DNA of 64,000 bases from positions 2,304,001 to 2,368,000 of the forward strand of contig CBDETK010000013.1 of NCBI GenBank assembly GCA_965242865.1, given 5' to 3'. The position numbers and the translations under genes are program-made. Under the pieces are notes generated by a model that did not search any database, was not told where the DNA came from, and saw nothing but the letters and a program-made list of their open reading frames with translations. Origin of the DNA: Candidatus Latescibacterota bacterium (lineage in GTDB: Bacteria > Latescibacterota > UBA2968 > UBA8231). Shown here piece by piece: positions 30,601 to 40,055 of the stretch. Each line of letters starts with the position of its first letter. The stretch's first letter is position 1.

Positions 30601-30686
30601 AGAGCCTGCACGAAAACTATCTGAGGTTGAGTCAAATGGATAAGGAAGTGTAGGGCGTCAAGACCTTCTTATCAACAGGAAATCAA
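30601..30686 (-). mobile_element. Non-autonomous derivative of the IS5-like element at 9021
   Basis: Reverse complement aligns with about 9037-9103 (ctgttgataa.aaggtcttg...cctacact...catttgac); terminal AGAGCCTGCACGAAAA resembles AGAGCGTATACGAAAA. Confidence 0.7.
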
Positions 30687-32545
30687 TCCGATTCGTCGAG
30701 CGCAGCCGCACCCTCTGGCCCGATCAGGGCCGTAGAATGGCAGGCGGCCAACACGCGCTCTAAGGCGTCGGCTTCTCGGCGGTCGATGGTGAGGTGGTAC
30801 TTGCGGCGCACCGCAACGACGCGGTCGGCAAACCAGCATTGGTTCAGCCGCGGTAGCCATTCGGCCGCGTCATAGGCGCATTTGCCGCCCGGTTTACATC
30901 CGCTTACTTCGGGGCTGGCCAAGGTCAGGTTCAGCAGATCGGCCGCAAAGGCGCGGCGGGTCTCAGCGGTGGCCGCGCATAGACCGCTGTCGTGGGCTTC
31001 GGATGTGGCGACGATGCGATTGATGTGAGTCTGCTTTAGGTCCGCGAAGACTTGCCCGGTATAGGGGCTATAGATGCTACCGAGCGTTTTGACGATGCGC
31101 GGCTCAAGCGATTGCGACGAGTAGGGATAGTCGCGTCGTCGGTTGTAGGGAGCACAGCGTTGCTCGGGCGCGACCGTTAGTCCACGCCATGTTCCGGCAG
31201 GTGGAGGAGACTGCTGCGGAGTGCCGGGATCGGGTTTCGCACGAGATTGTGTCGTCTCCGGCGGCGCATTGCTTGAAGGCGACGGTTTCGCAGGGACTTG
31301 GCGTTGCTCGGTTTCAGGCGGTGTGCTACTCGGCGGTGCCGGTTGCTCAGATTGTGTCGTCTCCGGCGGCGCATTGCTTGAAGGCGGCGGTTTCACAGGG
31401 GCTTGGCGTTGCTCGGTTTCAGGCGGTGTGTTGCTTGGCGGCGCCGGTTGCTCAGACTGTGTCGTCTCCGGTGGCGCATTGCTTGAAGGTGGCGGTTTCA
31501 CAGGGATTTGGCGTTGCTCGGTTTCAGGCAGCGCATTGCTTGAAGACGATGGTTGCTCAGACTGTGTCGTCTCCGGCGGCGCACTGCTTGAAGGCGATGG
31601 TTTCACAGGGATTTGGCGTTGCTCGGTTTCAGGCGGCGCATTGCCTGAAGGCGATGGTTGCTCAGATTGTGTCGTCTCCGGCGGCGCACTGCTTGAAGGC
31701 GGCGGTTTCACAGGGACTTGGCGTTGCTCGGTTTCAGGCGGTGTGCTGCTTGGCGGCGACGGTTGCTCAGATGGCTGCTTTGACGTTTGAAGAGAGAAGA
31801 AGGCCGCAGATGACGCGGCGACAATAAGGGCGACAATAAGTACGCCTACGCCGATCACAATCCGAGGCCACTTCTTCTTATCTGTATTGACAGGTGGCTT
31901 TCTGTCAGATGGCATTTCCGGATCGGAATGAATTTCTGTCGTCTGAGGTCTCTCGCCATTCTTTATAGTAATCTCGAGCCTTTCCGGGTCTATGGGCGGT
32001 TGGGCCCACGTCCTTTCCTTCTGTGGTAAGTAGGAGGCGTGTTTTCGCCTGAACTCAATGTCGGTCATCGTGCCTTTGGCTTGATTGCAACGGCGGCAGG
32101 CTAGCTGAACATTCCGGACGTTGTCCTCGCCACCTCGAACCTTCGGAATCATGTGCTCGACTTGGAGCTCGTTGTACAAATAGTTGTTACCGCAGTAAAC
32201 GCACTTGCCTTGCTGCTTATCGAACAGCAGGCGTTTGTCCGCGGCTTTTGGGTCATTTTCCAGTAAAGCGGAGCGCTCGTCAAAGGTGTCGGCTCTGACC
32301 GGGTCATATCTACGGGTCTTCTGCTTCGCTTCCGCCGATTTCGATTCTCTACTGTGCGCTGCGTTGGCTTTCTTGTTGCACTCAATGCAGATCGAATTCT
32401 TTGCGTCTTTGTACACCACGCCGCACTGTGGGCACTTGTCAATAGTGCCTTTCCGTTTTTCCCGCCAGTGCTCAAGGCACAGGTAATGGTCTTCCCTTGG
32501 TAGTTTCTCGTTACAGAATTCCTTGTTGCAGAGATGCTGTTTCAT
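30683..32545 (-). CDS. Fusion protein: Cys/His Zn-finger + HNH endonuclease + TM helix + Pro/Ser repeat linker + degenerate DUF1524-like nuclease
   Basis: CVYC...EHMIPKVRGG...N...CRRCN..KG; IVIGVGVLIVALIVAASSAAFF; 5x35-aa repeats; C-terminal copy of the neighbour's nuclease domain. Confidence 0.85.
   Translation of the reverse strand: MKQHLCNKEFCNEKLPREDHYLCLEHWREKRKGTIDKCPQCGVVYKDAKNSICIECNKKANAAHSRESKSAEAKQKTRRYDPVRADTFDERSALLENDPKAADKRLLFDKQQGKCVYCGNNYLYNELQVEHMIPKVRGGEDNVRNVQLACRRCNQAKGTMTDIEFRRKHASYLPQKERTWAQPPIDPERLEITIKNGERPQTTEIHSDPEMPSDRKPPVNTDKKKWPRIVIGVGVLIVALIVAASSAAFFSLQTSKQPSEQPSPPSSTPPETEQRQVPVKPPPSSSAPPETTQSEQPSPSGNAPPETEQRQIPVKPSPSSSAPPETTQSEQPSSSSNALPETEQRQIPVKPPPSSNAPPETTQSEQPAPPSNTPPETEQRQAPVKPPPSSNAPPETTQSEQPAPPSSTPPETEQRQVPAKPSPSSNAPPETTQSRAKPDPGTPQQSPPPAGTWRGLTVAPEQRCAPYNRRRDYPYSSQSLEPRIVKTLGSIYSPYTGQVFADLKQTHINRIVATSEAHDSGLCAATAETRRAFAADLLNLTLASPEVSGCKPGGKCAYDAAEWLPRLNQCWFADRVVAVRRKYHLTIDRREADALERVLAACHSTALIGPEGAAALDESD
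31244..31768 (-). repeat. Five tandem 105-bp (35-aa) coding repeats
   Basis: EQPSPPSSTPPETEQRQVPVKPPPSSSAPPETTQS-like unit x5. Confidence 0.95.
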
Positions 32546-32770
32546 TTTTGCACTCCAGATTTAGGGCTTTATACTATCCTGAATCTTGTTGGCTGCCTGC
32601 TGCCACTATGGATACCGACAAGCTCAGTGTGCCCAACAAATTTTTGCGCTTTTAGGCTGGTGTATGAGATAGTTTGTAAAGATATAGGCGGGTCGCGTGT
32701 AGAGCAAAAGGGACAGAGGTGCATGGAAAAGGATACAGTGCTAGGGCACCGGGGACATAGATAGGGCGGA

Positions 32771-32786
32771 TGGCACGATCCTTGCA
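32771..32786 (+). promoter_or_regulatory. Sigma54 (-24/-12) promoter
   Basis: TGGCAC-GATCC-TTGCA, 25 nt upstream of ATG 32812, with an AGGAGG RBS in between. Confidence 0.8.
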
Positions 32787-32811
32787 TGAGGCTGTAAAAG
32801 GAGGACAGACC

Positions 32812-34365
32812 ATGTGGCGACTGTGGGTGTTGATATTGATCGGCCCGGTGTGGGCCGAGGAGGACTTGGGGGAGGAGGACGCGAGCTATTTAGAACAGCG
32901 GTTGGACGATTTGAAGGCGTTGGACGCGGCGGCCGTGCGGTGGCGGGTGCGCGGGGCCGAGATGGCTTGGGGGCAGTGGCAGTTGTACCAGCGAGTGGAG
33001 GTCGCGCCGGTCAGGGGCCAAGCGTTTTTTGGCTTGGTCGAGCGCGATCGCGGCGAAGCAAGCTGGAGCGACTTTAGGACGTTTTACTACGCAGTGCAGC
33101 GGGAGCAATCCGAATGGGTCGTCGGCGATCTGCGGCCCGGCACGGGCGCGGGCTTGGTGTTTGGGCGCAGCCGCCGCGGGAGCATCGCGCCGAGGATGCC
33201 AGCCGCAGACAGTCGGCGCTTGGGCTATCGCTCTAGCGGGGAAAATCACGCCCTGCGCGGCGCGGCGTGGCGCTACGAGGGCCGCGCATGGAGCGGAATG
33301 CTGCTCGGGGGGTGGACGCACCGGGACGGACGCTTGGACGAACAGGGCCGGGTGCGCTCCCTGCCCGAAAGCGGCTATCACGTAACCGCGACCGAGGTGG
33401 CCGGCCGCGACCTGCTCGGCATCCGGGCCGGCGGGGGCCGCCTGCACTGGCGGGGCGAGCATTGGCAGGGGGGCGCGACCGCGCTGGCCTTGGACTTTTC
33501 CCGCGACCTCGACTTGCGGCGGGGCGGGCGGACGCCTTGGGACTTTGTCGGCGACGCGCAGCGCATGGGGGCCGTGGATGTGCGCGTGGAGTGGGGCCGG
33601 GGCCGAGCGGCCTTGGAAGTGGCCAGCGATGGAGCAGGGCACTGGGGCATGGTGGGGGCGGTGCGGGTGCGGTACGGGGGCCTGCGGCTGCGGACGCTGG
33701 GCCGCTACTACGCGCCGGGGTTCCACAGCTTCTTTGGCGCGGCACCGGGAACCTCGGCCATGCAAAACGAACAGGGCGTCGTGGCCGAGGCCAGCGGGCG
33801 GGGCTGGCGTGCGTACGCGGATGTGTACCGCCGACCGGCCCGCTCCTACTTCATCCCCGTGCCGGCTACGTATGCCACTTGGGGGGCCGAGCTAAAGAGG
33901 CGGTTGGGCCGGCGCTGGGCCATGCGCGGACAGTGGCAAAGACGCCTGCGACCGCACTGGACGAGCGAGCGGTTGGTCCAAGAGCGCAGCCACAAGTGGC
34001 GGTTGGACTTGGAGCGGGGGGCTTGGCGCGGGCGCGGCGAGTGGGTGCGCTGGCAGCGGGCCGGGCGCGGCGAGTGGGGCCTGTTGGGCAGCGTGCGGTT
34101 TAAGACGCGCTGGCTGACCTTGCACCTGAGCCGCTACCGCACGGACTCGTACTGGACGCGGATCTACGAATACGAGGTCGATTTGCCCGGGGCCGTGAGC
34201 ATTCGCCCGCTCTACGGCGCGGGCTGGCGCGGGTACGCGCTCGTGGCGGTCGCCTATCGCGGCTGGCGCCTGAGCAGCCGCTACCGCATCCAGCACGACC
34301 AGCGGCTGCGGCACTACGGCGGCGTCCAGCTCGACTGGAGCCGCGGTCGTATTGACAACCGCTAG
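32812..34365 (+). CDS. Hypothetical exported protein, probable outer-membrane beta-barrel
   Basis: AGGAGG RBS; signal peptide; amphipathic Trp/Arg/Gly-rich strands; TDSYWTRIYEYE motif reminiscent of Bacteroidota HhH/ComEA-barrel proteins. Confidence 0.7.
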   Translation: MWRLWVLILIGPVWAEEDLGEEDASYLEQRLDDLKALDAAAVRWRVRGAEMAWGQWQLYQRVEVAPVRGQAFFGLVERDRGEASWSDFRTFYYAVQREQSEWVVGDLRPGTGAGLVFGRSRRGSIAPRMPAADSRRLGYRSSGENHALRGAAWRYEGRAWSGMLLGGWTHRDGRLDEQGRVRSLPESGYHVTATEVAGRDLLGIRAGGGRLHWRGEHWQGGATALALDFSRDLDLRRGGRTPWDFVGDAQRMGAVDVRVEWGRGRAALEVASDGAGHWGMVGAVRVRYGGLRLRTLGRYYAPGFHSFFGAAPGTSAMQNEQGVVAEASGRGWRAYADVYRRPARSYFIPVPATYATWGAELKRRLGRRWAMRGQWQRRLRPHWTSERLVQERSHKWRLDLERGAWRGRGEWVRWQRAGRGEWGLLGSVRFKTRWLTLHLSRYRTDSYWTRIYEYEVDLPGAVSIRPLYGAGWRGYALVAVAYRGWRLSSRYRIQHDQRLRHYGGVQLDWSRGRIDNR

Positions 34366-34432
34366 CGGCCCAAATAGTTTGAACCATGCCCCCCACGACA
34401 AAAGCACCCGCTGCTCGGACCGACCGCGATAA

Positions 34433-34982
34433 ATGGCCTGGCATTCGTCGATCAAACTGTATCCGTCCACACTCCGAGCGGTTCGGCTGTATTTTAACAT
34501 TGTGGTCCGAGCAGCCGTCTTGGCACTGATTTGGGGCGTTCTATTAGCTATCGGCACGGGGCTCAACTGGCTGATAGACTTCGCACTGGGAGCATTCGCT
34601 GCCTCTGAAAAGGTTAAAAGTATTTCGCTACAGATCTCTCTTGGGTACATTATCGCATTAGGAGTTGCAGCGACTTTGACCAGTCTGAAGGACGTGTGGG
34701 ATTTGACCCTCGCTAGCCTACGCAAGTCTTCCGCCGATGATTTGGGGCGTTCTATTAGCTATCGGCACGGGGCTCAACTGGCTGATAGACTTCGCACTGG
34801 GAGCATTCGCTGCCTCTGAAAAGGTTAAAAGTATTTCGCTACAGATCTCTCTTGGGTACATTATCGCATTAGGAGTTGCAGCGACTTTGACCAGTCTGAA
34901 GGACGTGTGGGATTTGACCCTCGCTAGCCTACGCAAGTCTTCCGCCGATGAACCGGACGATCGCGAGGAAGAGAAACCATGA
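34433..34982 (+). pseudogene. Small membrane-protein gene split by an internal 211-bp tandem duplication (ORFs 34433-34819 and 34737-34982)
   Basis: Removing one repeat copy gives a single ORF ending ...KSSADEPDDREEEKP with an ATGA overlap onto the next gene. Confidence 0.65.
34527..34951 (+). repeat. Exact 211-bp tandem duplication
   Basis: tgatttggggcgtt... starts at 34527 and 34738; TGA microhomology at the junctions. Confidence 0.95.
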
Positions 34983-35596
34983 AAAAAGCCCTTCTTCCCG
35001 TTGGCGATTTCAAGCTGGCAATCGCATATACCACGGCGTGGATGCTCGCGTTTTGGGCGGTAGAACATCCCATAGGCGATTGGGCGGTAACGGCTGTCGT
35101 TTTGTATGGTTTGCTATGGCTATCGAGAGAAGTCGTCTCCGTCTTGATACTATTTGTAGAAGAGCGCATGCAAGGGTACGCAAAGCGCGTCGTCCAAAAG
35201 GCCGGCGTTGAATTCTGCGTGGAATCACTCCCTGAATACAGCCTTCGGGACAAGTTGTTTTTTGCCGCTTACGTCTCGCTAGCGTGTTTTACCATCATCG
35301 GCCTCTCCCTGATCGTCGGGCTCCCTGCGATCCGTCTGTATGGACTTACTCCGCTTCCTGCTTTTTTTGTGTGGATAGCTTGGGGACTCTTTCTCGTCGG
35401 AGGAATCGGCGTGTCCCTGATATTGGGGATTGCAATGTGGCTGTTGTCTTCGGCCAACGCTGGAATCAACGCGACAATCGCCTCCCAACAAGCCTATGCC
35501 GCTGTCAACCGCAAACCGACCGAATTAGAATGGCGTCTATTGTTTTTGTACGTACTCCTGTTGTATCGCTTTCATCTGCAATTCGGTCGTCGCTAA
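34979..35596 (+). CDS. Hypothetical multi-pass membrane protein
   Basis: 205 aa, 4-5 hydrophobic segments; lower GC than flanks. Confidence 0.7.
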   Translation: MKKALLPVGDFKLAIAYTTAWMLAFWAVEHPIGDWAVTAVVLYGLLWLSREVVSVLILFVEERMQGYAKRVVQKAGVEFCVESLPEYSLRDKLFFAAYVSLACFTIIGLSLIVGLPAIRLYGLTPLPAFFVWIAWGLFLVGGIGVSLILGIAMWLLSSANAGINATIASQQAYAAVNRKPTELEWRLLFLYVLLLYRFHLQFGRR

Positions 35597-35651
35597 CCTA
35601 AACCTACGGTCGGCCCCGCCCTCTCATGGAAACCGCGCGGCGACTCGCTGC

Positions 35652-38303
35652 ATGAGATACCTTCTACTGCCCATCGCCGCTTGGGTCGCGGTCGTCGAGG
35701 TCGGCGCAGCTCCTCTGCAAGGCGTCGTCCCCCAAACCGGGCACGTCCACGCCCTGACCATCTTCGCGCACTTTGCCGACGAGGGCGGCGTGGGCCGCGC
35801 GGTCCCGTCGTTTGCGGCGGAGATTTTCACCGAGCAGCCGGGCAGCTTGACCCACTTCTACCGCGAGATGTCGCGCGGGCAGTTTGAACTCACCGGCGAG
35901 GTGCTGCCGCGCTGGTATGCGTCCCGCAGCAAGGCCGAGGCCTACGCGACGGGCGGTTTTGGTCGCTTTGCCCGCGAGGTCTTACAGGCCGTTGATGCGG
36001 ACGTGGATTTGGGCCGCTACGACAACGACGGCCCCGATGGCGTACCCAACTCCGGCGACGACGATGGAGCCGTGGATTTTGTCTTTATCGTCTCGGCCTC
36101 GGCCCCGTCGGGTTTTATTATCAAAGAGGCTACGGGCGTGGCCGAGCTCGGGTTGGGCAGCGATTTTGTCAGCCAAGACCGCGCCCAACGCGGCGGCTCC
36201 ATCCGGGTGCGCTCAGACGACGGGGCTGTGCAGCGCGGGCGGTTTTTTGCCGAAGCGGTGGGCACCATGGCCCACGAGTTTGGGCACTTTCTGGGCCTGC
36301 CCGACCTGTACGACCGCGAATATGAGTCCGAGCCGGCCGACGACTCGGGCGGCATTGGCTATTGGGGCTTGATGGGGCACGGCAACCGCGGCTGGGGCGA
36401 GGTAGATGGCCCCAACCCCTTTTGCGTTTGGAGCTTGGGCCAGCTCGGGTGGCTGGGGATAAACAACCAACAGCTCAACGTGCTGAGCCAAGACCGAGAC
36501 GACGTGGTTTTTGCCGATGTCAACGCCGGCGGGGCGGTGTACCTATTGCCGGTGCCGGCGCCGGCCGAGCACTTTTTCCTCGTGGCGTTCCGCAGCCGCC
36601 GGCACAGCTACTACGAGCGCAATCTGCCGGCCGAGGGCCTGCTGATCTGGCGCGTCCATCCCACCCGCTACAGCAATAATTTGGAAGCCACCAAGCTGGT
36701 GGACTTGGTATGCGCCGATGGGCAATTTCGCGATGCCGGCTTTCCCTTGGGCCGCGAGCCAGCCCCGTTTACTGGCCGCGACAACCTCGACTTTTGGGCG
36801 CACGACGCCGGCTACCGCACGGATTTTGGCGGCAACCTCGGCGACGCGACCGACGTGTTTGATGGCGAGCAATTTACCGACTTCTGGGCCGCGTCCAATC
36901 CAGCGTCCTCGCCCGGGATTAGCGTGACCCGCATCCGCCGCCAAGGCGCCGCCATGGTGGCCGATCTCAAGCTCCAAGACCGCCGCCGGGCCGGGCCAAT
37001 TGCCGATGTCGAGGTCTGGAGCGAGCGCATTGAGGTCGTCGGCGATGTGACCGTCCTGCCCCAAGGGCGGCTCGAGGTCCACGCGGACGCGGAGGTGCTC
37101 GTGGGGCCGGACGCGCTGGGCGCGGGCGCGGATCCGGCGCGCGTGGAGCTACAGGTGTACGGCGCCGTCACCGTCGGGGTCTTGGGGCGAGGGCAGGCCG
37201 TCTTCCGCTCGGCCGCGCCCGCGCCGCAGCCCGGGGATTGGCAGGGCCTCGTGCTGCACCCAACGGCCTCGATTTACCTGCGCCGCGCCCGCATCGACCA
37301 CGCCCGCTATGGCCTGTGGGCCAAAAAGCTAGACCACGCCCTGACCTTGGAAGAGGTGGAAGTCTATCACGCCGGCGCGGACGGCATTCGCTTGGAGCAG
37401 GTTGAAGAGGAGATCGTCTTGGACGGCGTGCAGGTCGAGGGCGCGGCCGGCGTGGGCATTTGGGTGGGCGGCTCGGGCTTGACGCGGGTGCAGCGCTCCG
37501 AGTTGCGGGCCAATGGGCGCGCTGGGCTTTGGCGCGAGGGCGGGTTTTTGTCGTTGCGCGACAGCCGCTTCACCGCCAATGGCTCGGCCGCGCCCGAGGA
37601 GGCCAACTTGGTCTTGGGGCGGGGCGTCAGCGGGGAGGTGGTGGGCAATGCGTTTATTGATGGGATCGGGCTGTACTGCGCGGAGACGCGGGAGGTCGAG
37701 ATCGAGGCCAACGCGCTGCACAATCACGCGGTGGGCCTGTGGACCCGAAGTGCGCGGCCGCGCATCGTGCGCAATCACTTCGTCCGCAACGCGCTGGCCC
37801 TGCGGGTGGAGGGGAGCGCGGTGCCGGCGCGCTTGGTCTTAAACGGCGTCCAAGACAGCGAGCAATTGCTCGACAATCGGGCCAACCAACCCCTGCAGGC
37901 GATCAACAACTGGTGGGGGACCGAGGACGAGGACTGGATTGCGGCTCGGATCCGCGGCGAGGTCAACTGGCGGCCCTTTCTCAACTTTGACCCGCGCCGG
38001 CCCTTGGACTTTGCCTTGGGGCAGAATTACCCCAACCCGTTCAACGCGGGTACGCAGATCGACTATCAGATCGGGATCAACGACCCCATCGTCGCCGGCC
38101 AGACCCTAGTCGAGCTCGAAGTCCGCACCGCGACCGGCGGCTTGGTGCGGCACTTGGTCAACGACTTGGCGGCACCGGGATTGTACAGCACCGCTTGGGA
38201 TGGCCGCGACGAGCGGGGCGAGCGCGTGGCCAGCGGTATGTACTATTATATACTGCGCATCGGGCCGATCTCGCGCGCCAACAAGATGGTTTTTATCAAA
38301 TGA
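35652..38303 (+). CDS. Second M6-family metalloprotease with beta-helix and FlgD/T9SS-like C-terminal domain
   Basis: HEFGHFLGLPDLY; [16 protein letters not shown]; QNYPNPFN...WDGRDERGERVASGMY; paralogue of 9575-12889. Confidence 0.88.
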   Translation: MRYLLLPIAAWVAVVEVGAAPLQGVVPQTGHVHALTIFAHFADEGGVGRAVPSFAAEIFTEQPGSLTHFYREMSRGQFELTGEVLPRWYASRSKAEAYATGGFGRFAREVLQAVDADVDLGRYDNDGPDGVPNSGDDDGAVDFVFIVSASAPSGFIIKEATGVAELGLGSDFVSQDRAQRGGSIRVRSDDGAVQRGRFFAEAVGTMAHEFGHFLGLPDLYDREYESEPADDSGGIGYWGLMGHGNRGWGEVDGPNPFCVWSLGQLGWLGINNQQLNVLSQDRDDVVFADVNAGGAVYLLPVPAPAEHFFLVAFRSRRHSYYERNLPAEGLLIWRVHPTRYSNNLEATKLVDLVCADGQFRDAGFPLGREPAPFTGRDNLDFWAHDAGYRTDFGGNLGDATDVFDGEQFTDFWAASNPASSPGISVTRIRRQGAAMVADLKLQDRRRAGPIADVEVWSERIEVVGDVTVLPQGRLEVHADAEVLVGPDALGAGADPARVELQVYGAVTVGVLGRGQAVFRSAAPAPQPGDWQGLVLHPTASIYLRRARIDHARYGLWAKKLDHALTLEEVEVYHAGADGIRLEQVEEEIVLDGVQVEGAAGVGIWVGGSGLTRVQRSELRANGRAGLWREGGFLSLRDSRFTANGSAAPEEANLVLGRGVSGEVVGNAFIDGIGLYCAETREVEIEANALHNHAVGLWTRSARPRIVRNHFVRNALALRVEGSAVPARLVLNGVQDSEQLLDNRANQPLQAINNWWGTEDEDWIAARIRGEVNWRPFLNFDPRRPLDFALGQNYPNPFNAGTQIDYQIGINDPIVAGQTLVELEVRTATGGLVRHLVNDLAAPGLYSTAWDGRDERGERVASGMYYYILRIGPISRANKMVFIK

Positions 38304-39844
38304 AAATCGCGGCGGACTATCTCGTCCTCGGCAGCGGTATTGCCGGTCTGTTCTTTGCCCTCAAGGCCGCTCAGCACGGGTCGGTCGCCGTGGTGACCAA
38401 GCGCGAGCGGCGCGAGTCCAACACCCAATACGCGCAAGGCGGCATTGCCGCGGCCATGGCGGGGGCCGATTCGGTCGCCAGCCACGCGCAGGACACGATC
38501 GCGGCCGGTGCCGGCCTGTGCGACCGCACGGTCGTCGAAGGGGTGGTGGCCGAAGGGCCGGAGGTGGTGAACGAGTTGCGGGCGATTGGGGCGCAGTTCA
38601 ACCAAGCGCGGCCCGGGGTGTTGGCGTTGGGGCGCGAAGGGGGCCACGCATCCGCGCGGGTAGTCCATGCGGACGACGCAACCGGCCGCGAGGTGATGCG
38701 CGCCTTGGTCGCGGCCGTGCAAGCCCTGCCGCAGGTGACCTGGTACGATCACCATCTGGCCGTGGACCTGATCGTGGACGATCAACGGCGGTGCCACGGG
38801 GCGTGGGTGTTGGACGCAGAAGCGGTGCCCAGTGCCGCCTTGGCGCCGGTTACGCTGCTGGCGACGGGCGGCTGCGGGCAGGTTTTTTTGCACACCACCA
38901 ACCCGCCCGTGGCCTCTGGCGACGGCGTGGCCATGGCCTGGCGGGCCGGAGCGCGGGTGGGCAACATGGAGTTTATGCAGTTCCACCCGACCATGCTGTA
39001 CAATCCGGGCCAGCCCTCGTTCCTGATTACCGAGGCGTTGCGCGGGTTTGGCGCCGTGCTGATCGACGAGCGCGGCGCGGCCTTCACCGACCCCTTGCAG
39101 ACGCGCGACGTGGTCTCGCGGGCCATTGTCGCGCAAATGCAGCACGGCGCGGCCGAGTGCGTCTATTTGGACGTCACCGGCCAAGCCGCGCACGAGACCC
39201 GCGACCGCTTTCCCAACATCTACCGGCATTGTCTGGCGATGGGGGTAGATATGACTCGGACGCCGATTCCGGTGGTGCCGGCGGCCCACTACAGCTGCGG
39301 TGGGGTGTGGACGGACCGGCACGGCCAGACGGATCTCGCGGGTCTATACGCGGCCGGCGAGGTGGCGATGAGTGGGTTTCAGGGGGCCAACCGGCTGGCG
39401 AGCAACTCCCTGCTGGAAGGCTTAGTCTTTGCGCACCGTGCGGCCGAGCATGCTCGGACAGCCGCGCCCTCAGCCGTGGGTCGGTTCGAGCGGGTGCATC
39501 CGGGCGCTGGGGTCGCGCCCGTTGCGCTAGCCGAGCAGCGGGAGTTGGAGTTGCTGCGGCGCTTGATGTGGGACGAGGTGGGTATCGTGCGCAGCGACCG
39601 CGGCTTGCAGCGGGCTTGCGAGGAAGCCGCACGGCTGGCGCGAGAAATTGCCGCGTTGCACCGGGCGCAGCCGCTCGACGCCGAGCTGGTCCAGCTGCAC
39701 AATTTGGCGACCGTGGCCCTGCTCATTGCCCGCTCGGCCCGGCAGCGTTTGGAAAGCCGCGGCGTCCACTACAACCGCGACCATCCCGCCTCCGACGATG
39801 CCCGCTGGCAGCGGCCGACGCTGCTGGCCAACCGCCGAATGTAA
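38300..39844 (+). CDS. nadB: L-aspartate oxidase
   Basis: VLGSGIAG, NTQYAQGGIAA, REGGH, MQFHPT, LITEALRG, PAAHYSCGG, GANRLASNSLLEG, ESRGVHY; ATGA overlap. Confidence 0.96.
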   Translation: MKIAADYLVLGSGIAGLFFALKAAQHGSVAVVTKRERRESNTQYAQGGIAAAMAGADSVASHAQDTIAAGAGLCDRTVVEGVVAEGPEVVNELRAIGAQFNQARPGVLALGREGGHASARVVHADDATGREVMRALVAAVQALPQVTWYDHHLAVDLIVDDQRRCHGAWVLDAEAVPSAALAPVTLLATGGCGQVFLHTTNPPVASGDGVAMAWRAGARVGNMEFMQFHPTMLYNPGQPSFLITEALRGFGAVLIDERGAAFTDPLQTRDVVSRAIVAQMQHGAAECVYLDVTGQAAHETRDRFPNIYRHCLAMGVDMTRTPIPVVPAAHYSCGGVWTDRHGQTDLAGLYAAGEVAMSGFQGANRLASNSLLEGLVFAHRAAEHARTAAPSAVGRFERVHPGAGVAPVALAEQRELELLRRLMWDEVGIVRSDRGLQRACEEAARLAREIAALHRAQPLDAELVQLHNLATVALLIARSARQRLESRGVHYNRDHPASDDARWQRPTLLANRRM

Positions 39845-39927
39845 GCGGGCTTATCCACGTAGTAGCAGTTCGTCTGGCGAATCTCGCGGAAGGTCTGAAT
39901 GCCAATGGGCAGTCTGCGTCTGGTCAT
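39830..39927 (-). pseudogene. 5' fragment of an AAA-ATPase-like/PD-(D/E)xK (DUF1703-type) gene
   Basis: Minus-strand translation MTRRRLPIGIQTFREIRQTNCYYVDKPAYIRRL matches the LPIGIQTF...YYVDK N-terminus of this family; lost before Walker A. Confidence 0.7.
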
Positions 39928-40055
39928 GGCTGCTGTCTAGTGGGCGCCTGTTCGGTTGGGTTACTAGTCTCAATGACCATCCGCATCCGAGCCTGCTCGT
40001 GCCACAACCTATTTTCGCCGCCCGGTCTAAAGACCAGGGTCTCCCCCAAAAAGGT

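Noticed and set aside
29941-31193. Possible DGR template/variable repeat pair
   Set aside because: Both copies are coding, differences are not restricted to adenines, and no reverse transcriptase is present in the window.
31244-31768. Possible CRISPR array
   Set aside because: Contiguous in-frame 105-bp coding repeats without unique spacers; no cas genes in the window.
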